Part shown: piece after piece, positions 1-12,808 of the stretch
How positions within the stretch are numbered: position 1 is the first letter of the stretch
Layout of the letters: each line of letters opens with the position of its first letter
NCBI GenBank assembly: GCA_041496385.1
Contig: JBGQEL010000001.1
Coordinates: forward strand, 32,001-96,000
DNA from: Candidatus Methylomirabilia bacterium
GTDB lineage: Bacteria; Methylomirabilota; Methylomirabilia; Rokubacteriales; CSP1-6
Length of the DNA: 64,000 nt
Reading direction: 5' to 3'
Program-made: the position numbers and the translations under genes
Notes under the pieces: generated by a model
Databases searched by the model: none
What the model saw: only the letters and a program-made list of their open reading frames with translations
What the model was told of the DNA's origin: nothing

Positions 1-871
1 GGATGAGATGCTGGATTTCCAGCTTCAGCGGGTTTTCCTTGTGGACCTGGACGTGCTCGACGAACGAAGCACGGCGGTACCGGATGGACTCGCGATCCAG
101 CGTGTACTCCTGCGCGGCGCGCCGATGCACCCGGATGTCCTGCTCGGAATAGTCGAGCACGACGTACGCGTCGGGCTGCGTCACGGCGAGGGTGCGGATC
201 TTCTCCTCCGTCACGCGGCTCGCGGTGATGATCGCGATCGTCCCCGACTCGAAGCCGATCTGCACCGTGGCGACGTCCGTGACGGGCGAGTGCACGGACG
301 ATCCCACCGCGGCGAGCCGTCGAGGCGGCGAGTCCACCAGCCGGAGCACGATGTCCAGGTCGTGGATCATCAGGTCCATCACGACGGTGTCCTTCTGGAC
401 TCGCGACGCGAACGGGCCGAGCCGGCGCGACTCGACCAGGATCGGCCGTGCCACGATCTTCTTGAGCTCCTGGACGGCGCCGTTGAAGCGCTCCACGTGG
501 CCCACGTGGAGGACGGCGCGACAACGTCGGGCGAGCGCGAAAAGCTCGCGCGCCTCCTCGAGCGTCGGCGCGACCGGCTTCTCGACGAGGACGGCGACGC
601 CCGCCTCGAGGAAGTCGCTCGCGACGGCGAAGTGCTGCTCGGTCGGCACCGCGACGCTCACGAGATCCACCTGACCGATGAGGTCACGGTGGTCCGTGAG
701 CGCGCGCGTCCCGTAGCGGGCCGCGGCCGCCGCGGCGCGGTCGTGCTCGACGTCCACGACGCCCGCGAGCTCGATGTCCCAGAGCTCGGCGTAGACGAGC
801 AGGTGGTACTGGCCCATGTGGCCGGCCCCCACGACGCCCGCGCGCAAGCGCCGGCCCGCGTCGACGGTCAC
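1..871 (-). CDS. Gfo/Idh/MocA oxidoreductase, GnnA-like (runs off left edge)
   Basis: Manual translation from GTG 871: [23 protein letters not shown] (Rossmann GxGxxG), EKP and DLMIHDLD motifs; GTGA overlap with lpxA stop. Confidence 0.85.
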   Translation of the reverse strand, partial: MTVDAGRRLRAGVVGAGHMGQYHLLVYAELWDIELAGVVDVEHDRAAAAAARYGTRALTDHRDLIGQVDLVSVAVPTEQHFAVASDFLEAGVAVLVEKPVAPTLEEARELFALARRCRAVLHVGHVERFNGAVQELKKIVARPILVESRRLGPFASRVQKDTVVMDLMIHDLDIVLRLVDSPPRRLAAVGSSVHSPVTDVATVQIGFESGTIAIITASRVTEEKIRTLAVTQPDAYVVLDYSEQDIRVHRRAAQEYTLDRESIRYRRASFVEHVQVHKENPLKLEIQHLI

Positions 872-1725
872 GCGGGCTCGCTTCCGGCCGCGGTCGGCAC
901 GTCGCCCGGATCGCCCAGCGGGCCCTCGGCGCGGTCTGGCCCGCCGCAGATTCCGCGTCGCGAGGTCGCGATGAACTCGAGCAGGCGGACCAGAAGTGGG
1001 ATCCCGAGCAGCTCGCTCCGGATCCGCTCGACCGCGCGCTGCGGCCCGAGCCCCGACCGGTAGAGGATGCGATAGGCGTCCTGGAGGACGCGCCGGTCGG
1101 CCGCGGGCACGCCCGCGCGCCGGAGCCCCACGACGTTCACCCCGCGTGCCAGCGCGGGGATCCCGTCGGCGAGCATGAAGGGCGGCACGTCCGCGGTCAC
1201 CTTGGAAAAGCCGCCGATGTAGGCGAACGCGCCGACGCGCGTGAACGGTACGATACCCGAGAGTCCGCCGATCGTGGCGCGCTCGCCGATCTCGCAGTGG
1301 CCGGTGATCCCGGCGTAGTTGATGACGATCGCGCCGTCGGCCACGCGACAGTCATGCGCGACGTGGCTCATGGCCATGATCAGGCAGTCCGCCCCGATCT
1401 CGGTCCAGCCCTCGGGGCGCGTCGCGCGGTGGATCGTGACGTATTCCCGGATGACGGTGCCCGCCCCGATCCGCACACCCGACGGCGTTCCCTCCTTGTA
1501 CTTGAGGTCCTGCGGCCTGCCGCCGAGGACCGCGCCGTGGCCCACCTGCGCGCGTGGACCGATCTCGACGCGTCCCTCGAGCACGACGTGATGCCCGACG
1601 TCGACCCCGGCGTCGAGCGTGACCTCGGGACCCACGACCGAGAACGCGCCGACCCGCGCGCCGGCATCGATCCGCGCGGCCGGGTCGACGAGCGCCGTGG
1701 GGTGGATGCCCTCAGCGCGCGTCAT
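868..1725 (-). CDS. lpxA: UDP-N-acetylglucosamine O-acyltransferase
   Basis: IHPTA start, hexapeptide repeats, [32 protein letters not shown]; true start ATG 1725 lies inside the longer ORF call. Confidence 0.95.
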   Translation of the reverse strand: MTRAEGIHPTALVDPAARIDAGARVGAFSVVGPEVTLDAGVDVGHHVVLEGRVEIGPRAQVGHGAVLGGRPQDLKYKEGTPSGVRIGAGTVIREYVTIHRATRPEGWTEIGADCLIMAMSHVAHDCRVADGAIVINYAGITGHCEIGERATIGGLSGIVPFTRVGAFAYIGGFSKVTADVPPFMLADGIPALARGVNVVGLRRAGVPAADRRVLQDAYRILYRSGLGPQRAVERIRSELLGIPLLVRLLEFIATSRRGICGGPDRAEGPLGDPGDVPTAAGSEPA

Positions 1726-2791
1726 CGTCGTTCCTCGGCTCGGGCGCCGCGAGGCCGAGCTGTCCCTCGAGCCGCTGGAGACGCCGCTCCGCCTGCCGCA
1801 GGCGTCTGGCGATATCGGGCAGCTGCTCCTCGAGCACGAAGAGGCGCTTGGCCTGGACCACGGGTCGCGCGGGCGTGCCGAAGACCTTCTCCCCCGGGGC
1901 GACGTTTCGCGCGAGCCCCGACTGCGCGAGCACCACGGCACCGTCGCCGACCTCCAGATGGTCCGCGACGCCGACCTGCCCGGCGAGGACGACGCCGCGA
2001 CCGATCCGGCACGAGCCCGAGATCCCGACCTGGGCGACGATGATCGAGTGCTCGCCGATCTCGACGTTGTGGCCGACCTGCACGAGGTTGTCGATCTTGG
2101 TGCCGCGCCGCACGACGGTATCGCCGAGCATCGCGCGGTCGATCGTCGTGTTGGCGCCGATCTCCACGTCGTCCTCGATCTGGACGCCGCCGACCTGGGG
2201 GATCTTCCGGTGCGCCTCGCCGTCGAAGGCATAGCCGAAGCCGTCTGCGCCCACGACCGCGCCGGGATGAACCACCACCCGGCGGCCGAGCCGGACGCCG
2301 GCGCAGAGCACGACGCCCGCGTGGATCACCGAGTCCTCGCCCACCACCGCCCGCGCGCCCACGAACGCGCCGGCGTGGACGCGCACGCGCGGGCCGAGGC
2401 TCGCGCCCGCCTCGACCACGACGAGCGGGCCGATGGTGGCGGTCGGGTCGACCCGGGCATCTGGCGCGACGACGGCCGCAGGATCGATCCCGGGCGCGGG
2501 CGGCGCCGGCGGGTGGAAGAGCGTGAGCAGCCGGATGAGCGCCTGCTGCGGCTTCGGCGCACGAAGTACGGGCGCGGGCAGCCCCGCCGCATCCGTCCCG
2601 GCGAGGAACGCGCCGGCCCGCGAGGCCAGCGCGGCAGCGCCGTAGCGGGCATCGATCAGGAAGGAGATGTGCTCCGGGCCGGCGGCGTCGAGCGCCGCCA
2701 CGCCGGTGACCACACGGCCCGGGTCGCCTTCCAGCGTCGCCTGGAGGGCGGCGGCGAGCTCACCGAGGGTGAACCCGACTGCCTTGCCCAT
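1712..2791 (-). CDS. lpxD: UDP-3-O-acyl-glucosamine N-acyltransferase
   Basis: [35 protein letters not shown] motifs. Confidence 0.96.
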   Translation of the reverse strand: MGKAVGFTLGELAAALQATLEGDPGRVVTGVAALDAAGPEHISFLIDARYGAAALASRAGAFLAGTDAAGLPAPVLRAPKPQQALIRLLTLFHPPAPPAPGIDPAAVVAPDARVDPTATIGPLVVVEAGASLGPRVRVHAGAFVGARAVVGEDSVIHAGVVLCAGVRLGRRVVVHPGAVVGADGFGYAFDGEAHRKIPQVGGVQIEDDVEIGANTTIDRAMLGDTVVRRGTKIDNLVQVGHNVEIGEHSIIVAQVGISGSCRIGRGVVLAGQVGVADHLEVGDGAVVLAQSGLARNVAPGEKVFGTPARPVVQAKRLFVLEEQLPDIARRLRQAERRLQRLEGQLGLAAPEPRNDDDAR

Positions 2792-2798
2792 CGCTCCG

Positions 2799-3353
2799 CT
2801 ACTTCTTGCCCTTGGTTGTGGCCTGCTGATCGAACGCCTTGATGACCTCCTCCGTCAGATCCGCCTCCGGTGCGGCGTAGAGGACCGTGGCACCCCGTCG
2901 CTCGACGATGAGGTAGTAGCCGCGATCCTTGCCCACCTTCTCGATGACTCCGGAGACGTCCTGGAGGACTTTCTGCAAGAGCGTTGCTTCCTTCTTCTCG
3001 AGCTCCTTCTGGAAATCATCCGCCAGACGGGCCGCGTCGCGGCGCTTCCGCTCGAACTGATCCTGCTTTTCGCGCCGTGCATCCGCGGTCATGAGCGGGC
3101 CCTTCTTCTCGAGCTCGTCGCGCAGGGCCTCGAGCTCCTTGCGCTTCGTGTCCATCTCCTTCTGCATGCCGGCCTTCTCACGCTCGAGCTGCTCCCGGGC
3201 CGCGACGCCGGACGCCGAGCGCGCCAGGACCCGCTGAACGTCGATGAATCCGATTCGCGTCGCTGGAGCGGGCGCGGGCGTCTGCGCCCACGCCGACAGG
3301 CCGGTGACGAGGACCATGGTCGCGACGCTCACTGCGCTCGATAGTACCCTCAT
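2799..3353 (-). CDS. skp: OmpH/Skp periplasmic chaperone
   Basis: Signal peptide, [10 protein letters not shown], long coiled coil, DLTEEVIK; lies between bamA and lpxD. Confidence 0.92.
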   Translation of the reverse strand: MRVLSSAVSVATMVLVTGLSAWAQTPAPAPATRIGFIDVQRVLARSASGVAAREQLEREKAGMQKEMDTKRKELEALRDELEKKGPLMTADARREKQDQFERKRRDAARLADDFQKELEKKEATLLQKVLQDVSGVIEKVGKDRGYYLIVERRGATVLYAAPEADLTEEVIKAFDQQATTKGKK

Positions 3354-3362
3354 CCCAGCCTC

Positions 3363-5627
3363 CTAGAACGGCGTGCCGACCGAGAAATGAAACGCGCCGA
3401 AATCCTCGCCCGTCTTCCGGTCGAGGTTGATGCCGTAGTCGACCCGGATGGGGCCGAAGGGGGACTGCCAGCGAAAGCCGGCACCCGCCGCCTTGCGGAG
3501 CGTCGAGAGGTCGAAATCGTTGCCGAAGCCGTAGACCTGGCCGATGTCGAAGAAGCCCGCGAGCCGGATGCCGAAGATGACCGGCACGAGATACTCGACG
3601 TTGCCGAGAACCTCGGTCGAGCCGCCGATGAGGACTCCGTTCTCGTCCTTGGGAGCGAGCTCGCGGAACTTGAAGCTCCGAACCGAGTTCGGCCCGCCGA
3701 GGTAGAACCGCTCGAACAGCGGCAGCGGGTCCTTCGACCAGCCGAAGCCATAGCCGCCCTCGACGCGGCCGCCCAGGATGTGACCGAGCCAGATGGGCTG
3801 ATACCGGGTCGCGAAGACGATCGTCTTCACGTAGCGAGAGTCGCCGCCCAGACCGGCGAACTCGGTGGACAGGTTGATCTGGCCGCCCCGCGTCGGCGTG
3901 GTGACGGAGTCGCGATCGTCCCGTCCCACGCTGGCCGACACCAGCGAGGTGACGCGGGTGCCCGCCTGCTCCTGGAGCGCCGGTGTGGCGAGAACCGTGA
4001 GGTCCGTGACCTTGTCGCGCGAGGCACGGTACCCCAGGTTCCAGCGCCAGTACTCCTCGAACGGATGGCCCAGGCGAAGCCCGGCACCGAGCGAGTTGTA
4101 GCGGTACTCCGTGTACCGCCGGTCCGTGCTGAACAGGTCGAAGCCCGCCGACAGCGGGCGGTCGAGGAACCACGGGTCCGTGAAGCTGATCACGCCCTGC
4201 ATGGTGTTGGCGCCGGCGCGGAGGCGCGCCGAGGCCTCCCATCCGCGGCCGAGGAAGTTGCGCTGCGCGAGGTCGATGCTGCCGATGAAGGAATCGACGG
4301 AGGAGTACCCGCCGCCGAGACTGAAGAGACCGGTCGGACGCTCGGTCACGTCCACGTTGACGATGATCCGCGTCTTGTCCGAGCCCGGCTGCGTCGTCAC
4401 CTCCACCTTCTCGAAATAGCCGAGGTTCGCCAATCGCTGGCGGGCGCGCTCGCGCTTCTGCAGCGTGTAGAGATCGCCCTCGTGGAGAGGGATCTCGCGC
4501 CGGAGGATCTTGTCCTGGCTCCGGACGTTGCCGGTGATGTTGATGCGCTCGACGTACACCTCGGGCCCTTCGATGATGTCGAAGGCCACGTTATAGAGGT
4601 TCTGCCCGGGGACCTGATCGGTCCTCGGCGCGACGTCGGCCGAGGCCCGGCCGATGGTGCTGTACAGGTTCTCGATGTTCTTGGCGCTGTCGCGGATCGC
4701 GGAGCGCGAGAAGAGATCGCCGCTCTTGAAGCGGACCTGCCGCATGATCTCCTTCTCGGGCAGGAGCGTGACGCCCACGGCCTTGACCTCGGCGACCCGG
4801 AACTGGGGCCCCTCGACGATCGTGAACGTGACGGTCACGAGCGCCCGCTCGCGGTCGACCTGGACGTCGGTCGCGTCGACGCGCGCCTGGACGTAGCCGT
4901 AGTCGTTGTACAGCGCGATGATCCGCTCGACGTCCTCGTCGAGCCGCTGCCGCTGCACCTTGCCGCGGAGGATGTAGAACTGCCGCTCGCGCGTCGCGAG
5001 GTTGTCCTTGAGGAGCTGGTCCTTGAGGCCCGCGTTGCCCTTGAACAGGATCCGATCGATCTTGATCTGCCGCCCCTCGACGATGCTGAAGGCGATTCGC
5101 ACGTCGCCGTCGGCGAACTTCTCGACGCTGGGCGTGATCTGGACCTCGAAGTACCCTTCGTCCTCGTAGTAGTCCCGCAGCTTCTGGACGGCGGTCTGGA
5201 CGTCCACGGGGTTGTAGACGCTCCCGAGCTTGATGTCGATCTTCTCCTGGAGCTCCGTCCGGTTGGAGGACTTGTTGCCCACGAAATCGACGTCACGCAC
5301 GAAGGGCCGCTCGGTCACGACGAAGGTGACCTTGACGCCGCCCTCGAAGTCCTCGACCTTGAGCTGAACGTCGTCGAAGAACCCCAGGCTGAAGATCGCG
5401 CGAATGTCGTCGGACAGGAGCGCGGGGTTGAACGGCGAGCCGATCGTGCTCTTCACGCGTCCGAGGATGACGGCCTCCTGGACGCGCTTCGCGCCCTCGA
5501 CGGCGAGCTCCCGGATGGGGATGGGACGCTGCTGGGCCGGCGCCTGCGCCGCAGCGGCGCCGTAATCGAGGAGGGCGAGCACGACGGCGACGACAAGGGT
5601 CAGACGGACTCGGGCCGTTGTCGTCAC
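3363..5627 (-). CDS. bamA: Outer membrane protein assembly factor BamA
   Basis: Signal peptide, POTRA repeats, FYLGGPNSVRSF, SPFGPIRVDYG, C-terminal Phe. Confidence 0.96.
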   Translation of the reverse strand: MTTTARVRLTLVVAVVLALLDYGAAAAQAPAQQRPIPIRELAVEGAKRVQEAVILGRVKSTIGSPFNPALLSDDIRAIFSLGFFDDVQLKVEDFEGGVKVTFVVTERPFVRDVDFVGNKSSNRTELQEKIDIKLGSVYNPVDVQTAVQKLRDYYEDEGYFEVQITPSVEKFADGDVRIAFSIVEGRQIKIDRILFKGNAGLKDQLLKDNLATRERQFYILRGKVQRQRLDEDVERIIALYNDYGYVQARVDATDVQVDRERALVTVTFTIVEGPQFRVAEVKAVGVTLLPEKEIMRQVRFKSGDLFSRSAIRDSAKNIENLYSTIGRASADVAPRTDQVPGQNLYNVAFDIIEGPEVYVERINITGNVRSQDKILRREIPLHEGDLYTLQKRERARQRLANLGYFEKVEVTTQPGSDKTRIIVNVDVTERPTGLFSLGGGYSSVDSFIGSIDLAQRNFLGRGWEASARLRAGANTMQGVISFTDPWFLDRPLSAGFDLFSTDRRYTEYRYNSLGAGLRLGHPFEEYWRWNLGYRASRDKVTDLTVLATPALQEQAGTRVTSLVSASVGRDDRDSVTTPTRGGQINLSTEFAGLGGDSRYVKTIVFATRYQPIWLGHILGGRVEGGYGFGWSKDPLPLFERFYLGGPNSVRSFKFRELAPKDENGVLIGGSTEVLGNVEYLVPVIFGIRLAGFFDIGQVYGFGNDFDLSTLRKAAGAGFRWQSPFGPIRVDYGINLDRKTGEDFGAFHFSVGTPF

Positions 5628-5656
5628 CGGACTCTCAGGAGTGTGCGGACAGTGTC

Positions 5657-8104
5657 CTAGTGCTCTGCAAGCTCGAGCGGCGCTTCGACGACCTGCGCCT
5701 CGCGGAAGACGAAATTCGCCCCGTCGACGTCGACCTCGATCCGGGCGTGCTCCGCGACCTGGCCCCTCACGATCGCCTCGGCCAGGGGATCCTCGATGTG
5801 CTTCTGGATCGTCCGCCTGAGCTGCCGAGCGCCATACGTCGGGTCGTAGCCCTTCTCCACGAGCGCCGCCTCGGCCGCGGGAGTCAGTACGAGCTCGATG
5901 CCCTTGTCGGAGAGCTGCTTGTTGATCCGGCCGATCATGAGCCGGATGATCTGCGTGATGTGCTCGAGCGCGAGGGCGTGGAACACGATGATGTCGTCGA
6001 TCCGGTTCAGGAACTCCGGGCGGAACGCGCGCTTGAGCTCCTCCAAGACGCGGTCTTTCATCTTCTCGTAGGACGACTCGTCCGACTCCTGCAGGAACCC
6101 CGGCGAGATGCGCTTGCCGATCAGGCTCGTGCCGAGATTGGAGGTCATGATCAGGATCGTGTTCTTGAAGTCCACGACGTGCCCCAGCGAGTCGCTGAGT
6201 CGTCCGTCATCGAGCACCTGGAGCAGCATGTTGAAGACGTCGGGGTGCGCCTTCTCGATCTCGTCGAACAGCACGACCGAGTACGGGCGTCGCCGCACCT
6301 TCTCGGTCAGGAAGCCGCCCTCCTCGTAGCCCACATAACCGGGGGGCGCCCCGAGGAGCCTGGAGATCGAGAACTTCTCCATGTACTCGGACATGTCGAC
6401 CCGGATCAGCGCGTTCTCGTCGCCGAAGAGGTACTCGGCGAGCGCGCGCGCCAACTCGGTCTTTCCGACGCCCGTCGGACCCAGGAACACGAACGAGCCG
6501 ACCGGGCGCTTGGCGTCCTTCAGGCCCGCCCGCGAGCGTCGAATCGCGCGTGACACGGCGGCCACGGCGGCGTCCTGGCCGATGATCCGGCCGTGGAGGG
6601 CCTCTTCCATCCGCGCGAGCTTCTCGGACTCTTTTTCCTCGAGCTTCGAGAGCGGGATGCCCGTCCAGCGGGACACGATGAACTCGATGTCCTCCTCCTC
6701 GACGGACTGGGTCCCCTTCCCCTTGTTCTTCTCCCACTCCCGCTTGAGCTCCTCCTCGCGGTGCCGGAGTACCTTTTCCTTCTCGCGCAGCGACGCCGCC
6801 TTCTCGAACTCCTGCGCCTCGAGGTACATGTCCTTCTCGCGGATCACGCGCTCGAGCTCCTTCTCGATCTCCTTGAGCTCGGGGGGCGGCGTGAGCGCCA
6901 TGAGCCGGGTCCGGGACGACGCCTCGTCGATCACGTCAATCGCCTTGTCCGGAAGCTGTCTGTCCGTGATGTACCGGTCGGCCAGATGGACCGCGGCATT
7001 GATCGCCTGCTCGGTGATCTTGACCCGGTGATGCGCCTCGTACTTGTGGCGCAGCCCCCGGATGATCTCGATGGCTTCCGGAACCGACGGCGCCTTGACG
7101 ATCACGGGCTGGAATCGGCGCTCGAGCGCGCCGTCCTTTTCGATGTACTTCCGGTACTCGTCGAGCGTGGTCGCGCCGATCGTCTGGATCTCGCCGCGGG
7201 AGAGCGCGGGCTTGAGCATGTTCGACGCGTCGATCGCTCCCTCGGCCGCGCCGGCGCCGATCAGCGTGTGGAGCTCGTCGAGGAAGAGCACGACGTTCTC
7301 CGACTGCCGGATCTCCTTCATGACCGCCTTCAGGCGCTCCTCGAACTGGCCGCGGTACTTGGTGCCTGCGACGAGCGCACCGAGGTCGAGCTGCAGGAGG
7401 CGTTTGTTGACGAGGACGTCTGGCACGTCGTGGCTGACGATCTTCTGCGCGAGTCCTTCCACGATCGCCGTCTTGCCGACCCCCGGCTCGCCGATGAGGA
7501 CCGGGTTGTTCTTGGTGCGCCGGGCGAGAATCTGGATGACGCGCTCGATCTCCTGCTCGCGCCCGATCACCGGGTCCAGCTTGCTTTCGCGGGCGAGCTG
7601 CGTGAGGTCACGGGCGAACTCGTCGAGGACGGGAGTCTGCGAGCGCTTCTTGGGCCTCGGGTAGTACTGGTCACCGAGGAGAGCCAGCGTCTCCTGCCGG
7701 ACCTCGTCCAGACGGGCGCCGAGCGACTCGAGAATCTTCGCCGCGATAGACTGGCCCTCTTTCATCAGCCCGAGGAGCAGGTGCTCTGTGCCGATGTAGT
7801 TGTGGCCGAGCTGCCGTGCCTCTTCAATGGAGAGCTCGAGGACCCGCTTGGCCTGCGGGGTGAAGGGAACCTCACCGAACGTCAGCGTTTTGGGGAAGCC
7901 TGCCAGGGCCCGCTCGACCTCTGCCTTGACCGTCTCGAGCCGGAGCCCGAGGCGCTGCAGCACGGCGGTCGCGATGCCCTCGCCGTCCCGGATCAGGCCG
8001 AGCAGGACGTGTTCCGTGCCGACGAAATCGTGCCGAAAGCGGCCTGCTTCCTCGCGAGCCAGAATGATGACCCGTCGTGCCCGTTCGGTGAATCGTTCAA
8101 ACAC
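5657..8104 (-). CDS. clpC: ATP-dependent Clp protease ATPase subunit ClpC
   Basis: GTG start (V/M)FERFTERAR, double Clp-N domain, Walker A GEPGVGKT and GPTGVGKT, short UVR-type middle domain. Confidence 0.93.
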   Translation of the reverse strand: MFERFTERARRVIILAREEAGRFRHDFVGTEHVLLGLIRDGEGIATAVLQRLGLRLETVKAEVERALAGFPKTLTFGEVPFTPQAKRVLELSIEEARQLGHNYIGTEHLLLGLMKEGQSIAAKILESLGARLDEVRQETLALLGDQYYPRPKKRSQTPVLDEFARDLTQLARESKLDPVIGREQEIERVIQILARRTKNNPVLIGEPGVGKTAIVEGLAQKIVSHDVPDVLVNKRLLQLDLGALVAGTKYRGQFEERLKAVMKEIRQSENVVLFLDELHTLIGAGAAEGAIDASNMLKPALSRGEIQTIGATTLDEYRKYIEKDGALERRFQPVIVKAPSVPEAIEIIRGLRHKYEAHHRVKITEQAINAAVHLADRYITDRQLPDKAIDVIDEASSRTRLMALTPPPELKEIEKELERVIREKDMYLEAQEFEKAASLREKEKVLRHREEELKREWEKNKGKGTQSVEEEDIEFIVSRWTGIPLSKLEEKESEKLARMEEALHGRIIGQDAAVAAVSRAIRRSRAGLKDAKRPVGSFVFLGPTGVGKTELARALAEYLFGDENALIRVDMSEYMEKFSISRLLGAPPGYVGYEEGGFLTEKVRRRPYSVVLFDEIEKAHPDVFNMLLQVLDDGRLSDSLGHVVDFKNTILIMTSNLGTSLIGKRISPGFLQESDESSYEKMKDRVLEELKRAFRPEFLNRIDDIIVFHALALEHITQIIRLMIGRINKQLSDKGIELVLTPAAEAALVEKGYDPTYGARQLRRTIQKHIEDPLAEAIVRGQVAEHARIEVDVDGANFVFREAQVVEAPLELAEH

Positions 8105-8183
8105 TGGCTTTCCCCCACCCCTCCCCAAGCCGCCGGAGCGCAAATTTTCTTTCGGCGACGGCTAGTTAGTGAACTACGCGCTC

Positions 8184-8189
8184 AGTATA
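8184..8189 (-). promoter_or_regulatory. Candidate -10 box (TATACT) for clpC
   Basis: TATACT in the AT-richer lolD-clpC gap, about 80 nt upstream of the GTG. Confidence 0.45.
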
Positions 8190-8249
8190 GCCCACGGTCT
8201 TGGTGCCTGCTAGCCTTTTTCTTCACGAGCGAGTAAATCCGTGAAACCC

Positions 8250-8936
8250 TTACTCGATCTCCCGGGCGCGGCCCTCGACGAGCCGGTAGCTCCGCTCGGC
8301 GCGCCGCGCCAGGTCGGGATTGTGGGTCGCGACGAGGAAGGCAATCCCCCGTTCGGCCTGCAGTCGAAGGAAGAGATCGTAGATCACCTCACTGGTCTTC
8401 GGGTCCAGGTTTCCTGTCGGCTCGTCGGCGAGGATGAGCTTTGGCGCGTTGACGAGGGCCCGCGCAATGGCCACCCGCTGCTGCTCGCCACCCGAGAGCT
8501 CGCCCGGGCGGTGGTGGACCCGGTCGCCGAGGCCGACCTCGGCCAGCGCAGCGGTCGCGAGCTTCCGCGCCTCCTCCGTCGGCCGCCGCACCAGAAGCGC
8601 CGGGATCATCGCGTTCTCGAGTGCGCTCATCTCACCCAGCAGGTTGTAGAATTGGAAGACGAACCCGACATCCAGCCGCCGGTAGCGCACGAGGCCCGCC
8701 TCGCCGCGGGCGAAAAGGTCCTCTCCGAGGAACAGCACGCGCCCGGCCGTCGGCCGATCCAGGGCGCCCAGCAGGTGGAGCAGCGTCGACTTGCCGACGC
8801 CCGACGCCCCGACGAGGGCCACGATTTCGCCGGGCCCGATGGTCACGCTGGCCCCACGCAGGACGCGGACGACCTCGGGGCCGGAGCGATACTCCTTTTC
8901 CACCTCATCCGCCACCAGGAGCGCCGCCCGGCTCAT
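8250..8936 (-). CDS. lolD: Lipoprotein-releasing ABC transporter ATPase
   Basis: [34 protein letters not shown]; next to a LolC/E permease. Confidence 0.9.
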   Translation of the reverse strand: MSRAALLVADEVEKEYRSGPEVVRVLRGASVTIGPGEIVALVGASGVGKSTLLHLLGALDRPTAGRVLFLGEDLFARGEAGLVRYRRLDVGFVFQFYNLLGEMSALENAMIPALLVRRPTEEARKLATAALAEVGLGDRVHHRPGELSGGEQQRVAIARALVNAPKLILADEPTGNLDPKTSEVIYDLFLRLQAERGIAFLVATHNPDLARRAERSYRLVEGRAREIE

Positions 8937-8966
8937 CGGTGGATCCGTCTCGACGCTCGGCGCGCG

Positions 8967-10195
8967 TCACTCATATCGCAGCACGTCGACGGGATCGAGA
9001 AGGCCCGCGCGGCGGGCGGGAATGATCGTCGCGAGGAACGAGAGGAAGAGCGTCGCTCCGATGACCATGAGCGCGTCGCCGAGTGTCAGCTTCATCGGCA
9101 GGTAGCTGATCTGGTAGACGTCGCTCGCGAGCTTGATGACCTTGTAGGTGTTCTGTGCCCAGATGAGCCCGAGGCCGAGCGCGCTCCCGGCGAGCGTGCC
9201 GGCCACGCCGATCGTCATTCCGACCGTGAAGAACACCACCGTGATGCTCTGACTCGAGGCGCCGATCGCCTTCAGGACGCCGATCTCCTTCCGTTTCTCG
9301 GCGACGAGAAGGACGAGGTGCCCGATGATCGCGAAGGCGGCGACGAGGATGATGATCGTCACGATGACGAAGAGCGCCAGCTTTTCGAGCTGCAGCGCGG
9401 CGAAGAGACTCCGGTTCATGTCCATCCAGTCGCGCACCCAGTACGGGTAGCCGAGGTCCGTGGCCACCGCGCGCCCCACCCGCTTGGCGTCGAAGGGATC
9501 CTTGAGCTTCACCTCGATGCCGCTGGCCCCACGGAGCCCGGCGAACTCACGGGCGGCGGGGAGCGACAGGTACGCGAGCGAGGAGTCGAGCTCGTACATG
9601 CCGAGCTCGAACGTGCCGGCGACCGTGTAGCGCCGCATCCGGGGCACCATGCCGACGGCCGTCAACGCCCCCTCCGGGGAGATGACCGTGACCTGGTCCC
9701 CCTCGGCAACACCCAGCGCGCGCGCGAGCTCCCGCCCGAGGAGGATCCCCGGCGCGCCGTCGGCGAGCGGCGCCGCGCTCCCGCTCCGGAGCTGCGCCTG
9801 CAGATCCTCACGGACCGCGGGGGTCCCGAGGTCGATACCGCGTACCAGGCCGCCGCGCGCGCCGCCGCCGGGCGTGGTGAAGAGGGCCTGCTGATGGACG
9901 AACGGCGTCGCCGCGCGCACGCCGGGAATTTTCGCGATTCGCGCCGCCATCGTCCCCGCATCGGTCAGTCCGTCGCGCCCCGAGTGAAAGACGAGCAGGT
10001 GCGGGTTGGCCGCGATGATCCGGTCGCGGATTCCCTCCTGGAAGCCCGTCATGGTGGCGAGCACGACGATGAGCGCCGCGACCCCCAGGAACACCCCCCC
10101 GACGCCGATCCAGACGAAGAGCGACAGGTTCGCGCGCTGGCCCCGCGCGCGCAGGTATCGGAGCCCCATGAAGACCTCGAAGGGCATCCCCCGCT

Positions 10196-10199
<4 letters not shown>
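8967..10199 (-). CDS. lolE: Lipoprotein-releasing ABC transporter permease (LolC/E family)
   Basis: GLRYLR N-terminus, MacB-like periplasmic domain, KRKEIGVLKAIGA, ends PVDVLRYE. Confidence 0.88.
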
Positions 10200-11703
<1,504 letters not shown>

Positions 11704-11704
<1 letters not shown>

Positions 11705-12808
11705 CACACCTGGGACCCACGGGACCACAGCAGATAGGCATTGATCAGCGCGTCGAGGTCGCCGTCCATGACGGCCTCGACGTTGCCGATCTCGAGCCCC
11801 GTCCGATGGTCCTTGACGAGCTGGTACGGGTGGAAGGTATAGGACCGGATCTGGCTGCCGAACGCGATCTCCTTCTTCTCGCCGGTCAGCTCCGCGAGCG
11901 TCTCGCGCTGCTTCTTCTCCGCGATCTCGTAAAGCCGTGCCTTGAGGATCCGCAGCGCCGTGTCGCGATTCCGGAGCTGCGATCGTTCGTTCTGGCACGT
12001 GACCACGATCCCCGTCGGAAGGTGCGTGATCCGAACGGCGGAGTCGGCGGTGTTGACCCCCTGCCCGCCCGGCCCCGACGCGCGGAAGACGTCCACACGT
12101 AGATCGTCCTCGCGGATCGTGACCTCGACGTCGTCGACCTCGGGCACGACGGCCACCGAGGCGAAGCTCGTCTGACGACGGCGCGAGGCGTCGAAGGGCG
12201 AGATCCTGACGAGCCGGTGGACCCCGGTCTCACCGCGGAGATAGCCGAAGGCGTAGTCGCCCGTGACCTCCACCGTCGCCGACTTGATGCCCGCCTCGTC
12301 GCCCGGCAGCAGGTCGACGACCTCGGCCTTGAGGTCGTGGCGTTCGCACCATCGGAGGTACATGCGCAGGAGCATCTGCGCCCAGTCCTGCGACTCCGTA
12401 CCGCCGGCGCCCGGATGGATCGACACGATCGCCGCCTTCGAGTCATGCGGGCCCGACAGCATCACCTTCAGCGCGAACTCATCGAGGTCGGCGCGGAGCT
12501 TCGCGGCGCCCTCGACGATCTCGGCATCCAGGCTGTCGTCGCCCGCCTCGGCGGCGAGCTCGAGCATCACACCGAGCTCTTCGGCGCGCGTCGTCAGCTC
12601 GTTCACACGCGTGATGGTGCGCGCGGCCTCGGTGCGCTCACGGAGCAACTCCTGTGCGCGGCGGTTGTCCTCCCAGAAGGCGGGCGACGCCATCTCCGCG
12701 TCGAGCGCGGCGAGCCGCTGCTTCTTCCCCGCGATGTCAAAGATGCCCCCGGAGCTCGCTGACGCGCGCGACCAGCTCGGCGACCTCGCGCTTGAGCTCG
12801 CCGGGCAT
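11704..12808 (-). CDS. prfB: Peptide chain release factor 2 (programmed +1 frameshift)
   Basis: MPGELK...RGHL then CTT TGA C at 12742-12736; +1 frame continues DIAGKK...; SPF and GGQ motifs. Confidence 0.96.
12736..12751 (-). promoter_or_regulatory. prfB +1 frameshift site
   Basis: CGGGGG-CAT-CTT-TGA-C: SD-like run, slippery Leu codon and in-frame UGA. Confidence 0.93.
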
